Assembly: GCA_965261545.1 (NCBI GenBank) | Contig: CBDHDF010000011.1 | Coordinates: forward strand, 128,001-192,000 | Reading direction: 5' to 3' | DNA length: 64,000 nt | From: Bdellovibrionales bacterium | GTDB lineage: Bacteria; Bdellovibrionota; Bdellovibrionia; Bdellovibrionales; UBA1609 | Part shown: positions 20,151 through 29,808 of the stretch, one piece after another | Numbering within the stretch: position 1 is the first letter of the stretch | Layout: each line of letters opens with the position of its first letter | Translations under genes and position numbers: made by a program | Notes under the pieces: model-generated | Seen by the model: only the letters and a program-made list of their open reading frames with translations | What the model was told of the DNA's origin: nothing | Database searches by the model: none

Positions 20151-20572
20151 GAACATCTATGAAACAGTAAAATAATTCTTCAGTTGAGAGGTGCCTTTGG
20201 CATTTCTCAACATTTCTTAAATTTGCTAATCATTGCTAAATAGGTTTGTATAACCTATTGAAATTATTGGATATTCGGAGATTTTTATTCTCCGCTCCAA
20301 TAACAATGGGCAGGAACTTGAACCTCACCCATACTATCCTGTTCTCTACGAAAATCCATAAAGCTCTCCTCCATTTTTTCAGTCAGAATAATCACCGGGC
20401 AATACTTAAGTACAAAAACTAAATACGGAGAGAGGGGTGGCTTTCGCCACGCTCCGCGGGCTCAGCCTTTCCCTCTCCTTCCTTCTTGCCTTGTGCCCAG
20501 CCTGACGGCTGGCATGCTGAGGCTCGCTTCGCTTCGCCTGGAAAAGGGTAAAAGTGTAAAAGGGCAAAGGGG

Positions 20573-22438
20573 TTACATAGGCGTCCTCACAAGGCGGAAA
20601 CCGACACCGTACCAGCGAAAATCAGGCCGATCGAAGGAACGATAGGAAGAGCGCAGGAAGCGAGCGCCGTCGTCCCAACCGCCACCACGCATAACACGGG
20701 TAGAGCCATTTTTCGGACCTCTAGGGTCTGTGACAGGACCAAAATCATACCAAGGTTTAGAATACTCCTCCTCCTCATACCAATCTTCGACCCACTCCCA
20801 CACATTTCCATGAACATCATAAAGCCCTAGGGGATTGGAGCTCAACAATGCCACGGACCTTGATTGTCGGCTTTGTTTGCCAGATCCAGAGTTCCCCCTA
20901 TACCAACCATAGTTTTTAAGTTCTGAAGGATTGTCACCAAAGGAATAGGCTGTTTTTGTGCCTGCTTTTGCACCACCCCTGGCTGCAAATTCCCACTCCG
21001 CTTCCGTAGGCAAACGGTATTCATATTTGTCACCGTGGGACTCTCTCGCCCTGCGATTGTACTCATTTATAAATTCTTGGACGTCCTCCCAAGACACTCT
21101 CTCCACAGGATGATCGGCGCACATTGAAACTCCATCTTGTTCCATATAACTTTCTGGGCAATGCTCTTTTTCTTGGAATTTTGAAGGATTTGTCCCCATC
21201 ACAACAAACCACTGCCATTGAGTCACCTCTGTGGTGCTTATTTCAAAGGGCTTAGAAATTGTTACTTTATGAGGGGTCTCATCTGAATCTCGACCTTTTT
21301 CAGTCTTAGGGCTCCCCATGGTGAAAGAACCTGCGGACACGGGGACAAAACCATATTGAGACAAGCTTCGTCTCACATAGGCTCTCAACACACTGTATTC
21401 AATACCTGTTTTGTCTTTTGAATAAAGACGTGTATTCATCCGAGGGCTTCCTATCACTTCATCCACCAAGCTTTCAATGACTCCGTTAAGAACTCTCACG
21501 GCAGAAGCAAACTCCTGCTTGCTGTCAATTTTTGAGTCAAGTTCTTCAAGGTTTTTTCTTAAGGCAGCTAATTGTTTTATAAGAGATCCTGCATTTTCTT
21601 CTCCATAGGCGTCTATGAACTTTTCTATGCCTGAGACCTTTTCCTTGGCCTCATCTCTTTGTCGAACGAGGTCATGGACACTGGGAGCTTCCATGCCCTC
21701 TTTATAGGCTTTGACCTGCCGAGCCTCTTTGGGACTTAGGGTAGGAAGCTCATTAACTCTTAGCACGGATTGAAGGCGACGCTTAAAGTCACTCACGGGG
21801 ACTTTTTTTATAAGTGCACCATCGGGCCGCTGGCAATCACTCACCTCATTTATAACAGAACCCACTTCACACTCTTGGATCACAATCTTATCTTCTCCTT
21901 GGTGGCTTTTTTCTTTATAAAATAAAATCACATCACCATCGGGGCCTACAAGATTCACAGAAGAGGGCCTTCTTTTGTCACCCCTCTTATCACTATCACC
22001 TCTTTTCGTACCATGAGGACGAGATCCACGAGGTCCGCTGTGGGAACCATGGCCACCATGGGAACTATAATGACCTTGGAAGCCAGATCCATGGGGTAAC
22101 TGGAGTCGGCCTCCTGATTTTAGGGTGATTCGCCTCATCTTTTCTTCATGCTTACGAACCACAGCCTTGTAGGAGGCGGTACGGTCTTCTGGTGTAGATG
22201 ATGTAGATAGAGGTAGAGGTGCAGGTAGAGGTGCAGAAGAGTCCCTTGATGGATTTGTATGATTCTGATTCTGGTTCTGATTCAGACCTTTGTCTTGACT
22301 CTCTCGGCTCTCTTTGCCCTCTTGGCTCACTCGGCCCTCTTTGCTCAAAAAGGCACATGAAGGCAGAACCATCAACAGTGACAATAACCACAAAAGCAAT
22401 AAAGGTCTCATGGACCTTATGGGTTTCATTCCTTTCAT
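20573..22438 (-). CDS. Lipoprotein with C-terminal FGE-sulfatase (CLec-fold) domain; candidate DGR target
   Basis: Signal peptide ending LMVLPSC; FTMGSP, EVTQ, HPVERVSW, RLPTEAEWEFAARGG, GLYDVHGNVWEW, RGGGW, GFRLV; AAAGGAG RBS before ATG 22438. Confidence 0.88.
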   Translation of the reverse strand: MKGMKPIRSMRPLLLLWLLSLLMVLPSCAFLSKEGRVSQEGKESRESQDKGLNQNQNQNHTNPSRDSSAPLPAPLPLSTSSTPEDRTASYKAVVRKHEEKMRRITLKSGGRLQLPHGSGFQGHYSSHGGHGSHSGPRGSRPHGTKRGDSDKRGDKRRPSSVNLVGPDGDVILFYKEKSHQGEDKIVIQECEVGSVINEVSDCQRPDGALIKKVPVSDFKRRLQSVLRVNELPTLSPKEARQVKAYKEGMEAPSVHDLVRQRDEAKEKVSGIEKFIDAYGEENAGSLIKQLAALRKNLEELDSKIDSKQEFASAVRVLNGVIESLVDEVIGSPRMNTRLYSKDKTGIEYSVLRAYVRRSLSQYGFVPVSAGSFTMGSPKTEKGRDSDETPHKVTISKPFEISTTEVTQWQWFVVMGTNPSKFQEKEHCPESYMEQDGVSMCADHPVERVSWEDVQEFINEYNRRARESHGDKYEYRLPTEAEWEFAARGGAKAGTKTAYSFGDNPSELKNYGWYRGNSGSGKQSRQSRSVALLSSNPLGLYDVHGNVWEWVEDWYEEEEYSKPWYDFGPVTDPRGPKNGSTRVMRGGGWDDGARFLRSSYRSFDRPDFRWYGVGFRLVRTPM

Positions 22439-22655
22439 TTTTTGATCTCCTTTCATTTTTTGCTTTGGCGGCACTTTACTTAACTCTTGCCCTCTTTAGC
22501 CATTGACTTGAAGCCATAAACTCACCCACTATCTGAACAACCTTAGCCTCATTGACTCAAGCCTACCTACTTGACTTTACTTATGTCACTGAGTGATTGT
22601 CGATACAAAATAGTACAAACTTGAATTCCTAGACTTTGCGAGGACTCCACTGACA

Positions 22656-23634
22656 TTGCCACCAAAGAAAACCTCAGAAAAAAGAAAACAACAGTCTCAG
22701 TCCCATAATGCTCTATTCAATGAAACTTTCCTGAATGAGAGATATTGCCTAGACATTTTCCGTCTTGTCTTGACGACACAGGAGTTTAAGCTCTTTAACT
22801 GGAAAACTCTCAAACCAGAAATAACTGTCTTTACAGATGAAGAGGGCAATGAGCGGCGCATTGACCTTTTATTCTCAGTTCAAGTCAAGGGGTCCCAAAA
22901 ACGGGTACGTCTTTTTTTTCTGCTCGAACACAAAAGTCATCAGGATTCTCAAGTTCTCCAACAAATTCTGAGGTACCAGACCCTTGTTTACAATCGCTGG
23001 AATTATCCGGTCATTCCCATACTGGTCTATCACGGACGACAAAAACACTGGAGTAAAATCACGAAATGGTCCCCTGAATTTTCAAGACTCTCTGGATGGA
23101 CTCACTCCCGTTTTAAGACAAAAATTTGGGAAAAATATCCTCAATTTTCGTTGTAAGTTGTTGAATATCCATGATATAAACCTTTACCGTGGAGTTGGCA
23201 GAAATTTGCTTTCTAGGCCGATTTTGCTTATAATGAGTAGTATCTGGAAGCTTCGCCATGAGACCATTGTGGAGCTGTTTCAGATGGGTACAAACTTGGG
23301 TGAGAAGGATCAAAAGTTCCTTATTCAAAAGGCGGTGGATTATATCCACCGAAACGATTCAAATTTCACGCTAAGTGTGCTCAGTAAGATTGAAAAAGAA
23401 AGTATCGAGGAGGAGCAAAGAGTTATGTCAGCATTGCAATGTTCTTTGGATGAAGCTGAGGAAAAGGGAATGAGAAAGGGCCTTAAGAAGGGCCGTGAAG
23501 AGGGTATTAAGGGCATTAAAAAGAGCCGCGAAGAAACAGCGTTACGAATGATTCAAAATGGCTTTGAGGCAAAAACGATTTGTCTATGTACTGGGCTTAC
23601 TTCCAAAGAAGTGAAGGAACTCTCAGAAAAATGA
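22656..23634 (+). pseudogene. Rpn-family PD-(D/E)XK nuclease (YhgA-like), frameshifted near 23050-23070
   Basis: HNALF, RIDLLFSV, LLEHKS, PVIPILVYHG in frame 1; EKGMRKG..EEG..CTGL C-terminus in frame 2. Confidence 0.82.
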
Positions 23635-23957
23635 CAAAAACTCCTTAAATGCTCTAAAAACACTATTTCAGAATTTCCCTTGTTCATAACTCAAAAGGAA
23701 ATCCCTTCTGTTGCTGGCTTCTTCAAATGAAGGTTTTCGATCAGTATTTGTCACAAAATCCATTTTATATTTTGTGGCAAATCGGCTTCCCATGTGCTCT
23801 TCATGGAGCTAATTCTTTCGATTTTTCTTAACTTATAACTTGTCTAGTAAAGAAGTGATTGATATTATTGCAAACAACTGCCAGGAAGAAGATGGCAGGG
23901 ATCAGAGTGTAAGTTAAAAATAAGTCACGAGATAAGTAACGGACTTGCGACTTTGAT

Positions 23958-24161
23958 ATGCTCTTTGACAATTTAGCTTGGTTAACAACTGAAGAAACTG
24001 CACGCTATCTTCGCAAAAGCGTTAATGCCATCAGGATTCTGGTATATCGCAGAATTTTGAGGGCAAGAAAGTTTAGGCGAAGGCTGTATTTCAAAAGAGA
24101 AGAGTTGGATATGCTCATTGAAACCTCACAACATATGGGAGGTTACAAATGGCAATTTTAA
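23958..24161 (+). CDS. Excisionase-like HTH protein, copy 4
   Basis: Near-identical to copies 2 and 3. Confidence 0.75.
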   Translation: MLFDNLAWLTTEETARYLRKSVNAIRILVYRRILRARKFRRRLYFKREELDMLIETSQHMGGYKWQF

Positions 24162-25312
24162 CTTATGAAAAAAATGGAAAACAGCTTTTCCGAGTCTATG
24201 TTCAGGGGCGAGGAAAGGTAGACACTTCTATAAGGGTCCAAAAGAATAAATTTAATATAGAGACTCTTAAGGATGCGTGCAAAGAAGAGAAAAGGCTTAT
24301 TAGAGCTGTTTCAGATGAGATCAATAAGATCGAAGGACGAGGGCTGAAATGGAGGGATGTCATTTATCGCTGGGAAACCTATGCTTTGCAAGGACTTCTC
24401 GGAGATAAACAAAAAGACCCCCATTACATCAAGGACCATGTAAACCGACTGCTCCATTATACAAAGCTTTGGCTTGACTGCGTGGCTTCCGAACTCACTA
24501 AGGGGGATGGAAGACTTGTCTTGAGTCAGGCGAAAGAAAGTGGAGGCAAGGAAGGTTCACTAAAAAAAATCAAATCCTCTGTAAATGTAGTCTTCAAGTG
24601 GGCTATTGAGGAAAAGCTGGTCGTTGGTGTTCACTCAAGCCCTACTGAGGGAGTTAATGTTTCAGACAAGGCGGAGAAGGTTCCTAAGATTCTCACCTTA
24701 GAAGAGATTAAAACTCTTCTCAAAGGAGCTAAAGAAGAGCAGCATCCTTGGTATCATATTTGGTCTTTTGCATTTCTTACTGGAATGAGAAGTGGCGAAT
24801 TGAAGGCATTGCAGTGGAAGGATATTGATTTTGATCGACAAACAATATTGGTCTCCAAGTCCTACAGCCATCGTAAGCGAGTGATAAAATGCACTAAAGC
24901 TGGTTACTGGCGAAACGTACCCATTTCCAGTGACCTTTTGAAGATTATCACCGAGCTTCAGAAAGATGGTCACTGTGACCCTGAAGGCTTTGTCCTTCCA
25001 AGGCATGGGACATGGACCAATGGTGAAGCTGGAAAGGTTTTGAGAGCATTTCTAAAGAAATATAACATAAATCAACATGTTGTATTTCACACACTCAGGG
25101 CTTGCTTTGCGACTCACATGTTAGCTCATGGGGTAAATCAAGCCACCGTTATGAAAATCGGTGGCTGGAGAGACATTAAGACTTTCCAGATCTACCTTCG
25201 GCTTGCTGGGGTTGAGGTCAAAGGCGCAACAGAGGTGTTGCAAGTGATTCCAACTATTGACTCTCTCGTTCCTAAAAACAATGTGATCGACTTTCCTTTG
25301 GCGCAAGGTTAA
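24149..25312 (+). CDS. Tyrosine integrase copy 4 (intact)
   Basis: All catalytic motifs present; nearly identical to copy 3. Confidence 0.93.
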   Translation: MAILTYEKNGKQLFRVYVQGRGKVDTSIRVQKNKFNIETLKDACKEEKRLIRAVSDEINKIEGRGLKWRDVIYRWETYALQGLLGDKQKDPHYIKDHVNRLLHYTKLWLDCVASELTKGDGRLVLSQAKESGGKEGSLKKIKSSVNVVFKWAIEEKLVVGVHSSPTEGVNVSDKAEKVPKILTLEEIKTLLKGAKEEQHPWYHIWSFAFLTGMRSGELKALQWKDIDFDRQTILVSKSYSHRKRVIKCTKAGYWRNVPISSDLLKIITELQKDGHCDPEGFVLPRHGTWTNGEAGKVLRAFLKKYNINQHVVFHTLRACFATHMLAHGVNQATVMKIGGWRDIKTFQIYLRLAGVEVKGATEVLQVIPTIDSLVPKNNVIDFPLAQG

Positions 25313-25470
25313 GAACATCTATGAAACAGTAAAATAATTCTTCAGTTGAGAGGTGCCTTTGGCATTTCTCAACATTTCTTAAATTTGCTAATCATTGCTA
25401 AATAGGTTTGTATAACCTATTGAAATTATTGGATATTCGGAGATTTTTATTCTCCACCTCCATAACAATG

Positions 25471-26369
25471 AGAGAAAGGCTGCACAAACTCATTTCAAAA
25501 AATTGTTTGAAAACGATGTTGTGGTTTATGATCGTGGCTATTATTCCTACGAAATGCTTCATGAGCATAAGGTGCGAAGTCTGCATGCGGTGTTTAGGAT
25601 AAGGAGAAATGCCAACACTGTTTTTGATGAATTTATTAATAATGATCAAAAAGACTCAGTGATCCAAGTCATTCCTAGCAAGCAAATTCTGAAAGAACTA
25701 CATAAAAAAAAGCCACAAGACGACTTCAAAGCCTACGCTTTGCGTTTGGTCAAATATAAAATTGGACAAACTACTTTTGTTCTAGGAACAACCTTAATGG
25801 ATCAAAAAAAATATTCCATTGATGATCTGGCCAATCTCTATCATGGACGCTGGAGTATAGAGGAACTGTACAAAATATCCAAAGAACTGATGACCATTGA
25901 AGAGTTTCATTCTCAAAGTGAAAGGGGAGTCAAACAAGAATTGTTTGCACACTTCACACTTATCACTCTGACAAGATTATTTTCCAACTACACGGAAGAC
26001 CGTCTTAATACATCTCAATCCCATAGTAAAAAACAAACCATGCAGACAAACTTTAAAAACAATTTACTGACAATTGCAAGAAATATTGAAGGTCTTTTTC
26101 TTCAACAAAAGGTAGTGCTTAGTAAAACCCTCAATTGCATCATTACAAATATGAAGACCTGCCGACAAAGGCTACGTCCGAATAGGCATTACGACCGAGT
26201 TTCTAGAAAACCCATCGGAGTATGGAGACCCAGTAAAGAGGTTAGGGGGGCTATGGCCAACGGATAATCACATGGATCAAAGAAAAAAACTTGGGGTTAG
26301 CCCACCCCCGAGGAGTTAGAGGTTCAAATCCTTAACCGAATGGGATCTCTCACTAAACGAATGCCATTG
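25471..26369 (+). pseudogene. 5'-truncated IS4-family element (transposase C-terminal half plus right end)
   Basis: YDRGY and YHGRWSIEELYK in ORF 25503-26267; IS4-like end CTAAACGAATGCCATTG at 26353-26369. Confidence 0.8.
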
Positions 26370-26455
26370 CCCGATGGGCGGGTTAAACCAGGCCATTTGT
26401 GGGCGGGCAAACCAGGCCATTTAGGGTGATCTGACAAGATGGGCTCACCCTACCT

Positions 26456-27226
26456 TTAATTTTTTATCTTGACAAGTCGGTTTGAAGCTTCCTTCAATCG
26501 GTAGCTTTTTCCCTCAAATTTTAATAGTTGGCTGCAGTGGAGAAGGCGATCCAGGATGGCAGAGGCCACGGTATTATCGCCCAAACACTTTCCCCAGCCC
26601 TCAATAATGCGATTGGAGGTAATAAGAGTGCTTTTTCTCGCTGAGTATCGATCCAGAATGATTTCCTGGAAGTCATCGCAAGCCTCTGGCGGAATGCGCT
26701 TTCTAAGAAAAAGATCATCAATGATCAACAGGTCCACATGGATGAGTTGGGTGTAGAACCTCTTTCTGCGCCCCAGCTGCCTGGCCTCAAAGAGATTTTC
26801 AAAGAGCTTGTGAGCTTCTTGATACAAAACCTTGTAATTTGATATGGAACAGACCTTGGTGGCTATAGCTTTTGCAATGTGGCTTTTTCCAGTTCCAGGG
26901 GAGCCAATAAGCAAGGCTCCCTCCCCCTGCTTGATGAACTTCAAGTTCATTAATTCCAAGATCATTGGCTTGGGTATTTTTGGGTTAAAATTCCAATCAA
27001 AGCCGGTGAGGGTGGACTCTTCCGTGAGCTTGGATGCTTTGAGGAGTCTCTCACATTTTTTGCTTTTCTTGAAATCCTTTTCATCCTGTAAGAGCAATGA
27101 GAAGGTCTCTTGGAAGTTTTGTTGGTTCTGTGTGTGTTGGTAACTTCGAGCCTCAAATGTTTCAAACATGCCTATAAGCTTAAGGCTTTTGAGAGTCTCT
27201 TGTATTTCTGTAGGTGACATTGGCAT
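26456..27226 (-). CDS. istB: IstB AAA+ ATPase
   Basis: GSPGTGKSH, LLIIDD, ITSNR, AILDRLLH motifs. Confidence 0.92.
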   Translation of the reverse strand: MPMSPTEIQETLKSLKLIGMFETFEARSYQHTQNQQNFQETFSLLLQDEKDFKKSKKCERLLKASKLTEESTLTGFDWNFNPKIPKPMILELMNLKFIKQGEGALLIGSPGTGKSHIAKAIATKVCSISNYKVLYQEAHKLFENLFEARQLGRRKRFYTQLIHVDLLIIDDLFLRKRIPPEACDDFQEIILDRYSARKSTLITSNRIIEGWGKCLGDNTVASAILDRLLHCSQLLKFEGKSYRLKEASNRLVKIKN

Positions 27227-27269
27227 TGTGATTGCTCCTTTCCTCTAGAAGAGGGGTTGGGGGGGTGGA

Positions 27270-29201
27270 TTAAGTAAGGTTGGTGCTAGGCTGAGGGTGT
27301 AAGGGTGAGTGGTAGATTTCGTTGTTGGCATGTAAATCCCAGTAGATGGCATACTCGGATGGTGGTCGAATGATGTCGTGGTCTTGGGTGAGGTGGGATT
27401 CCATCTTTTTCTCATCCACAGGGGGCTGTAGTTCCTCAACAAGCCTTTTAAAGACCCTAAGAGATAAGACCCCTCTGCTCACAGCCTGAATGGCTGCTTT
27501 TTCAATAAGATCAGAGTGATATTTTTTAGCCAAGGACACCACCCCACGCATCTGCCTGTTTCCAACTCTCTCATCCACCCTGAGTAATGACTGACAAAAA
27601 GCTTTTGTTTGAGGGCCAATCTGACCCGCATCAGCTAAAATATTTTCTACATGGCGAGATGGATTATAAACACGATCTTTGTCTAGCAAAGAGAGACTCC
27701 CCGGGAGAGTGGCTTTTTGGTGGCGGCGGATAACACTCATCGTGGCAGGGTCCATAATCTCTATGTCTTTATCATAAATACGCACAATGACTTGGCTCTT
27801 TAGATCAGAAGGGTAGGCGCAATAGTAACTGTTTCCCACTTGAATGAGCCCATCGTCTGCAACTGTTCGTATCTCTTGTTTAAAAAAATCAAATTTCTTT
27901 TGGGGGAGCTTTTTGAGAAAGGGGCTCTCTTCTTCAAACATCTCAGAAACGACTCGCTTGGTGCGACCATGGACCCGAGGGCGAGCCCAAGTGTGCTCCC
28001 AGTGCATGAGCCACTCATTTTGCTCCTCAATGGTTTTAAATGTACGACCCTTCAGTGCTGTGTCCTGGGTGTGTTGAATGGCGTGCTCAACGGTTCCTTT
28101 CCTATCGGGGTCACGAACTCTTGCCGGGTCAGCAACGACCCCGTAGTGAGTCAGTACAGCGCTATAAACGGCGTTCAGCGTTGGCTCATAGATATCTGGC
28201 TTAATAACACCTTCCTTGAGATTGTCTAAGACGACATATTGAGGGCAGCCCAAAAAATAATGAAAAGCCTCCTCATGGAGTCTGCTCCACGTCTCTTGGC
28301 TGGACTTCCAAACAACCTTGCGAAAAGAGGCACGAGAGTACTTGAGGGTCATCACAAAAAGGCGAGGCCGCCTATATTTGCCTGTCCGGGGGTGAACAGT
28401 CAGAGCCCCTTGGCCATAATCCACTTGGGCTTCCTCTCCGGGGGGAAAATCCAAGCGATCATAGCGTTTGGGAGTACTCTTCTTCAGCTTCCTTACAAAT
28501 TTTTTCACGCTGTCGTAGGAGTGAGAAAAACCAAATTTCTCCACTAAATCTTGGTAGATGGCCATTCGATTGCGCTCTAAGTTCAAAGCCTGATTTTCAA
28601 TCCAAGCCCTGTGGGGCTCACAAGCCGACTGATGACATAAGGGGCGTTGAGAGGTTTTATCTTTAAGAGATTTTTTCAATCCAGGTGGTTCTATACAGTC
28701 CGTGGATCCAGTTTCTGTGGGAGCAGCCATCGGTTCCACCATGGTTGTGGATGGGCGCATGAGGCAGGCGGAGGAGTGCATGGAAGCCCCATCAGACACG
28801 ACAAGACACGCTGAGCCTGATCCTATAGGGGAAGATGGAGGCGTTTCTAAGGGGGGTGTGGCTTCCCCTAGAAGAACCTGCTGATTGAATTCTGTGGAGG
28901 AGGCCGAAACTTCCTTGGGCTTTTCGAACTGGGCCACAGGAAGGCTTGGAGGCTCCGCAGAGCAAATTTCAGGAGAACATGAAGATGAACATGACTCTGC
29001 TTCTGAGCACACCGAAAAGGCTGGAGATTTTGGCTCTATACCTCCTGTACGCCCCTTTTTGGCAATGACCCTATGGGCTTTCGCATACTCTGAAACCGTA
29101 GATCGACCTACATGTAGCCTTTTCGCTATTTTACGAAATGAGTGACCTGCTATAATTAATGTTAATATCTCTTCTTGTTTTTGTTTATTCAAGACGTTCA
29201 T
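27270..29201 (-). CDS. istA: IstA transposase with long low-complexity linker
   Basis: N-terminal HTH, PGEEAQVDYG, DNLKEGV, KGTVE motifs. Confidence 0.9.
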   Translation of the reverse strand: MNVLNKQKQEEILTLIIAGHSFRKIAKRLHVGRSTVSEYAKAHRVIAKKGRTGGIEPKSPAFSVCSEAESCSSSCSPEICSAEPPSLPVAQFEKPKEVSASSTEFNQQVLLGEATPPLETPPSSPIGSGSACLVVSDGASMHSSACLMRPSTTMVEPMAAPTETGSTDCIEPPGLKKSLKDKTSQRPLCHQSACEPHRAWIENQALNLERNRMAIYQDLVEKFGFSHSYDSVKKFVRKLKKSTPKRYDRLDFPPGEEAQVDYGQGALTVHPRTGKYRRPRLFVMTLKYSRASFRKVVWKSSQETWSRLHEEAFHYFLGCPQYVVLDNLKEGVIKPDIYEPTLNAVYSAVLTHYGVVADPARVRDPDRKGTVEHAIQHTQDTALKGRTFKTIEEQNEWLMHWEHTWARPRVHGRTKRVVSEMFEEESPFLKKLPQKKFDFFKQEIRTVADDGLIQVGNSYYCAYPSDLKSQVIVRIYDKDIEIMDPATMSVIRRHQKATLPGSLSLLDKDRVYNPSRHVENILADAGQIGPQTKAFCQSLLRVDERVGNRQMRGVVSLAKKYHSDLIEKAAIQAVSRGVLSLRVFKRLVEELQPPVDEKKMESHLTQDHDIIRPPSEYAIYWDLHANNEIYHSPLHPQPSTNLT

Positions 29202-29367
29202 CCTTCCCTCCCAGGTTGTTTTCTAGAAGGTATTTTACAATACGCCTTGTCAGATATTAAATTTTAAATGGCCTGGTTTGCCCGCCCACAAATGGCCTGG
29301 TTTGCCCTCCCCTCCGGGCCTCGATGCGATAACTAGTCGCTGTCGCGAAATAGACTTAAGAAATCCA

Positions 29368-29808
29368 TCATTCAGCTTCAAGGTGGTCTTTTTGATAAAT
29401 ATAATTTTCAATTTGCATAAGATTTTTAAATGGACTCCTCTCCTGAAGATAGCGAGTAGAGAATTCTGGGTCAAAATGGTTCATTTTACACATATCCATG
29501 ATGATTTTTGCTTTTGGCCCCACTGTCCTTTTTGATGTGTTGAAGTGCTCAACAATCTCATCCATGGAAACATATGGTGACGTCTTGCTATCATAAAGAA
29601 AGTTAATTCTCCCAATGGCATGAATAATCCCCGCAGCCCAAATTTCTACTCTTCCTGTCATGTAAGGGACTTGTCTTTTTCGAGACATTCTTGCTACTAC
29701 ACCGTGACAGAGGTTTTTATACTCATCGTTTATATATTGGTCACAAAAATCACTAATAGCCTTTTCAAGTTCTTTCCTTCTTGGTTGAATGATTTGCTTC
29801 TTTTTCAT
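29368..29808 (-). CDS. IS passenger protein (DUF6398-like), copy 2
   Basis: Identical protein to 11204-11644. Confidence 0.7.
   Translation of the reverse strand: MKKKQIIQPRRKELEKAISDFCDQYINDEYKNLCHGVVARMSRKRQVPYMTGRVEIWAAGIIHAIGRINFLYDSKTSPYVSMDEIVEHFNTSKRTVGPKAKIIMDMCKMNHFDPEFSTRYLQERSPFKNLMQIENYIYQKDHLEAE

Larger units (their letters stand above)
26368..29320 (-). mobile_element. IS21-family element type B
   Basis: Inverted ends with tandem AAACCAGGCCATTT repeats; istA-istB inside; no TSD seen. Confidence 0.85.

Noticed and set aside
20289..20308. tRNA/tmRNA 3'-end remnant as att core (CTCCGCTCCA; CTCCACCTCCA in module 4)
   Set aside because: Too short and lacks a T-loop GTTCRA; not supportable.
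22200..22290. Hexamer repeats (QNQNQN, PLPAPLP) as a phase-variation tract
   Set aside because: In-frame low-complexity linker; unit changes would not switch expression.
20400..22438. Complete DGR, or a true formylglycine-generating enzyme
   Set aside because: No RT, Avd or template repeat in the window; the catalytic CxxxxC motif of FGE is absent.
4381..25470. Classical integron
   Set aside because: No attC-like sites or IntI-specific features noticed, and the integrase is repeated with each cargo.
27800..29145. Short antisense and alternative-frame ORFs over istA and other genes
   Set aside because: Lengths of 60-150 aa are expected shadows, unlike the 510-codon case.
26425..29260. Inward-facing TGTCAG sequences as IS21-B termini
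   Set aside because: They are inner parts of the long inverted ends; the outer repeats define normal termini near 26368 and 29320.
11677..29335. Inversion or composite transposon between the inverted type-A copies
   Set aside because: Each copy keeps its own matching TSD, indicating independent insertions.
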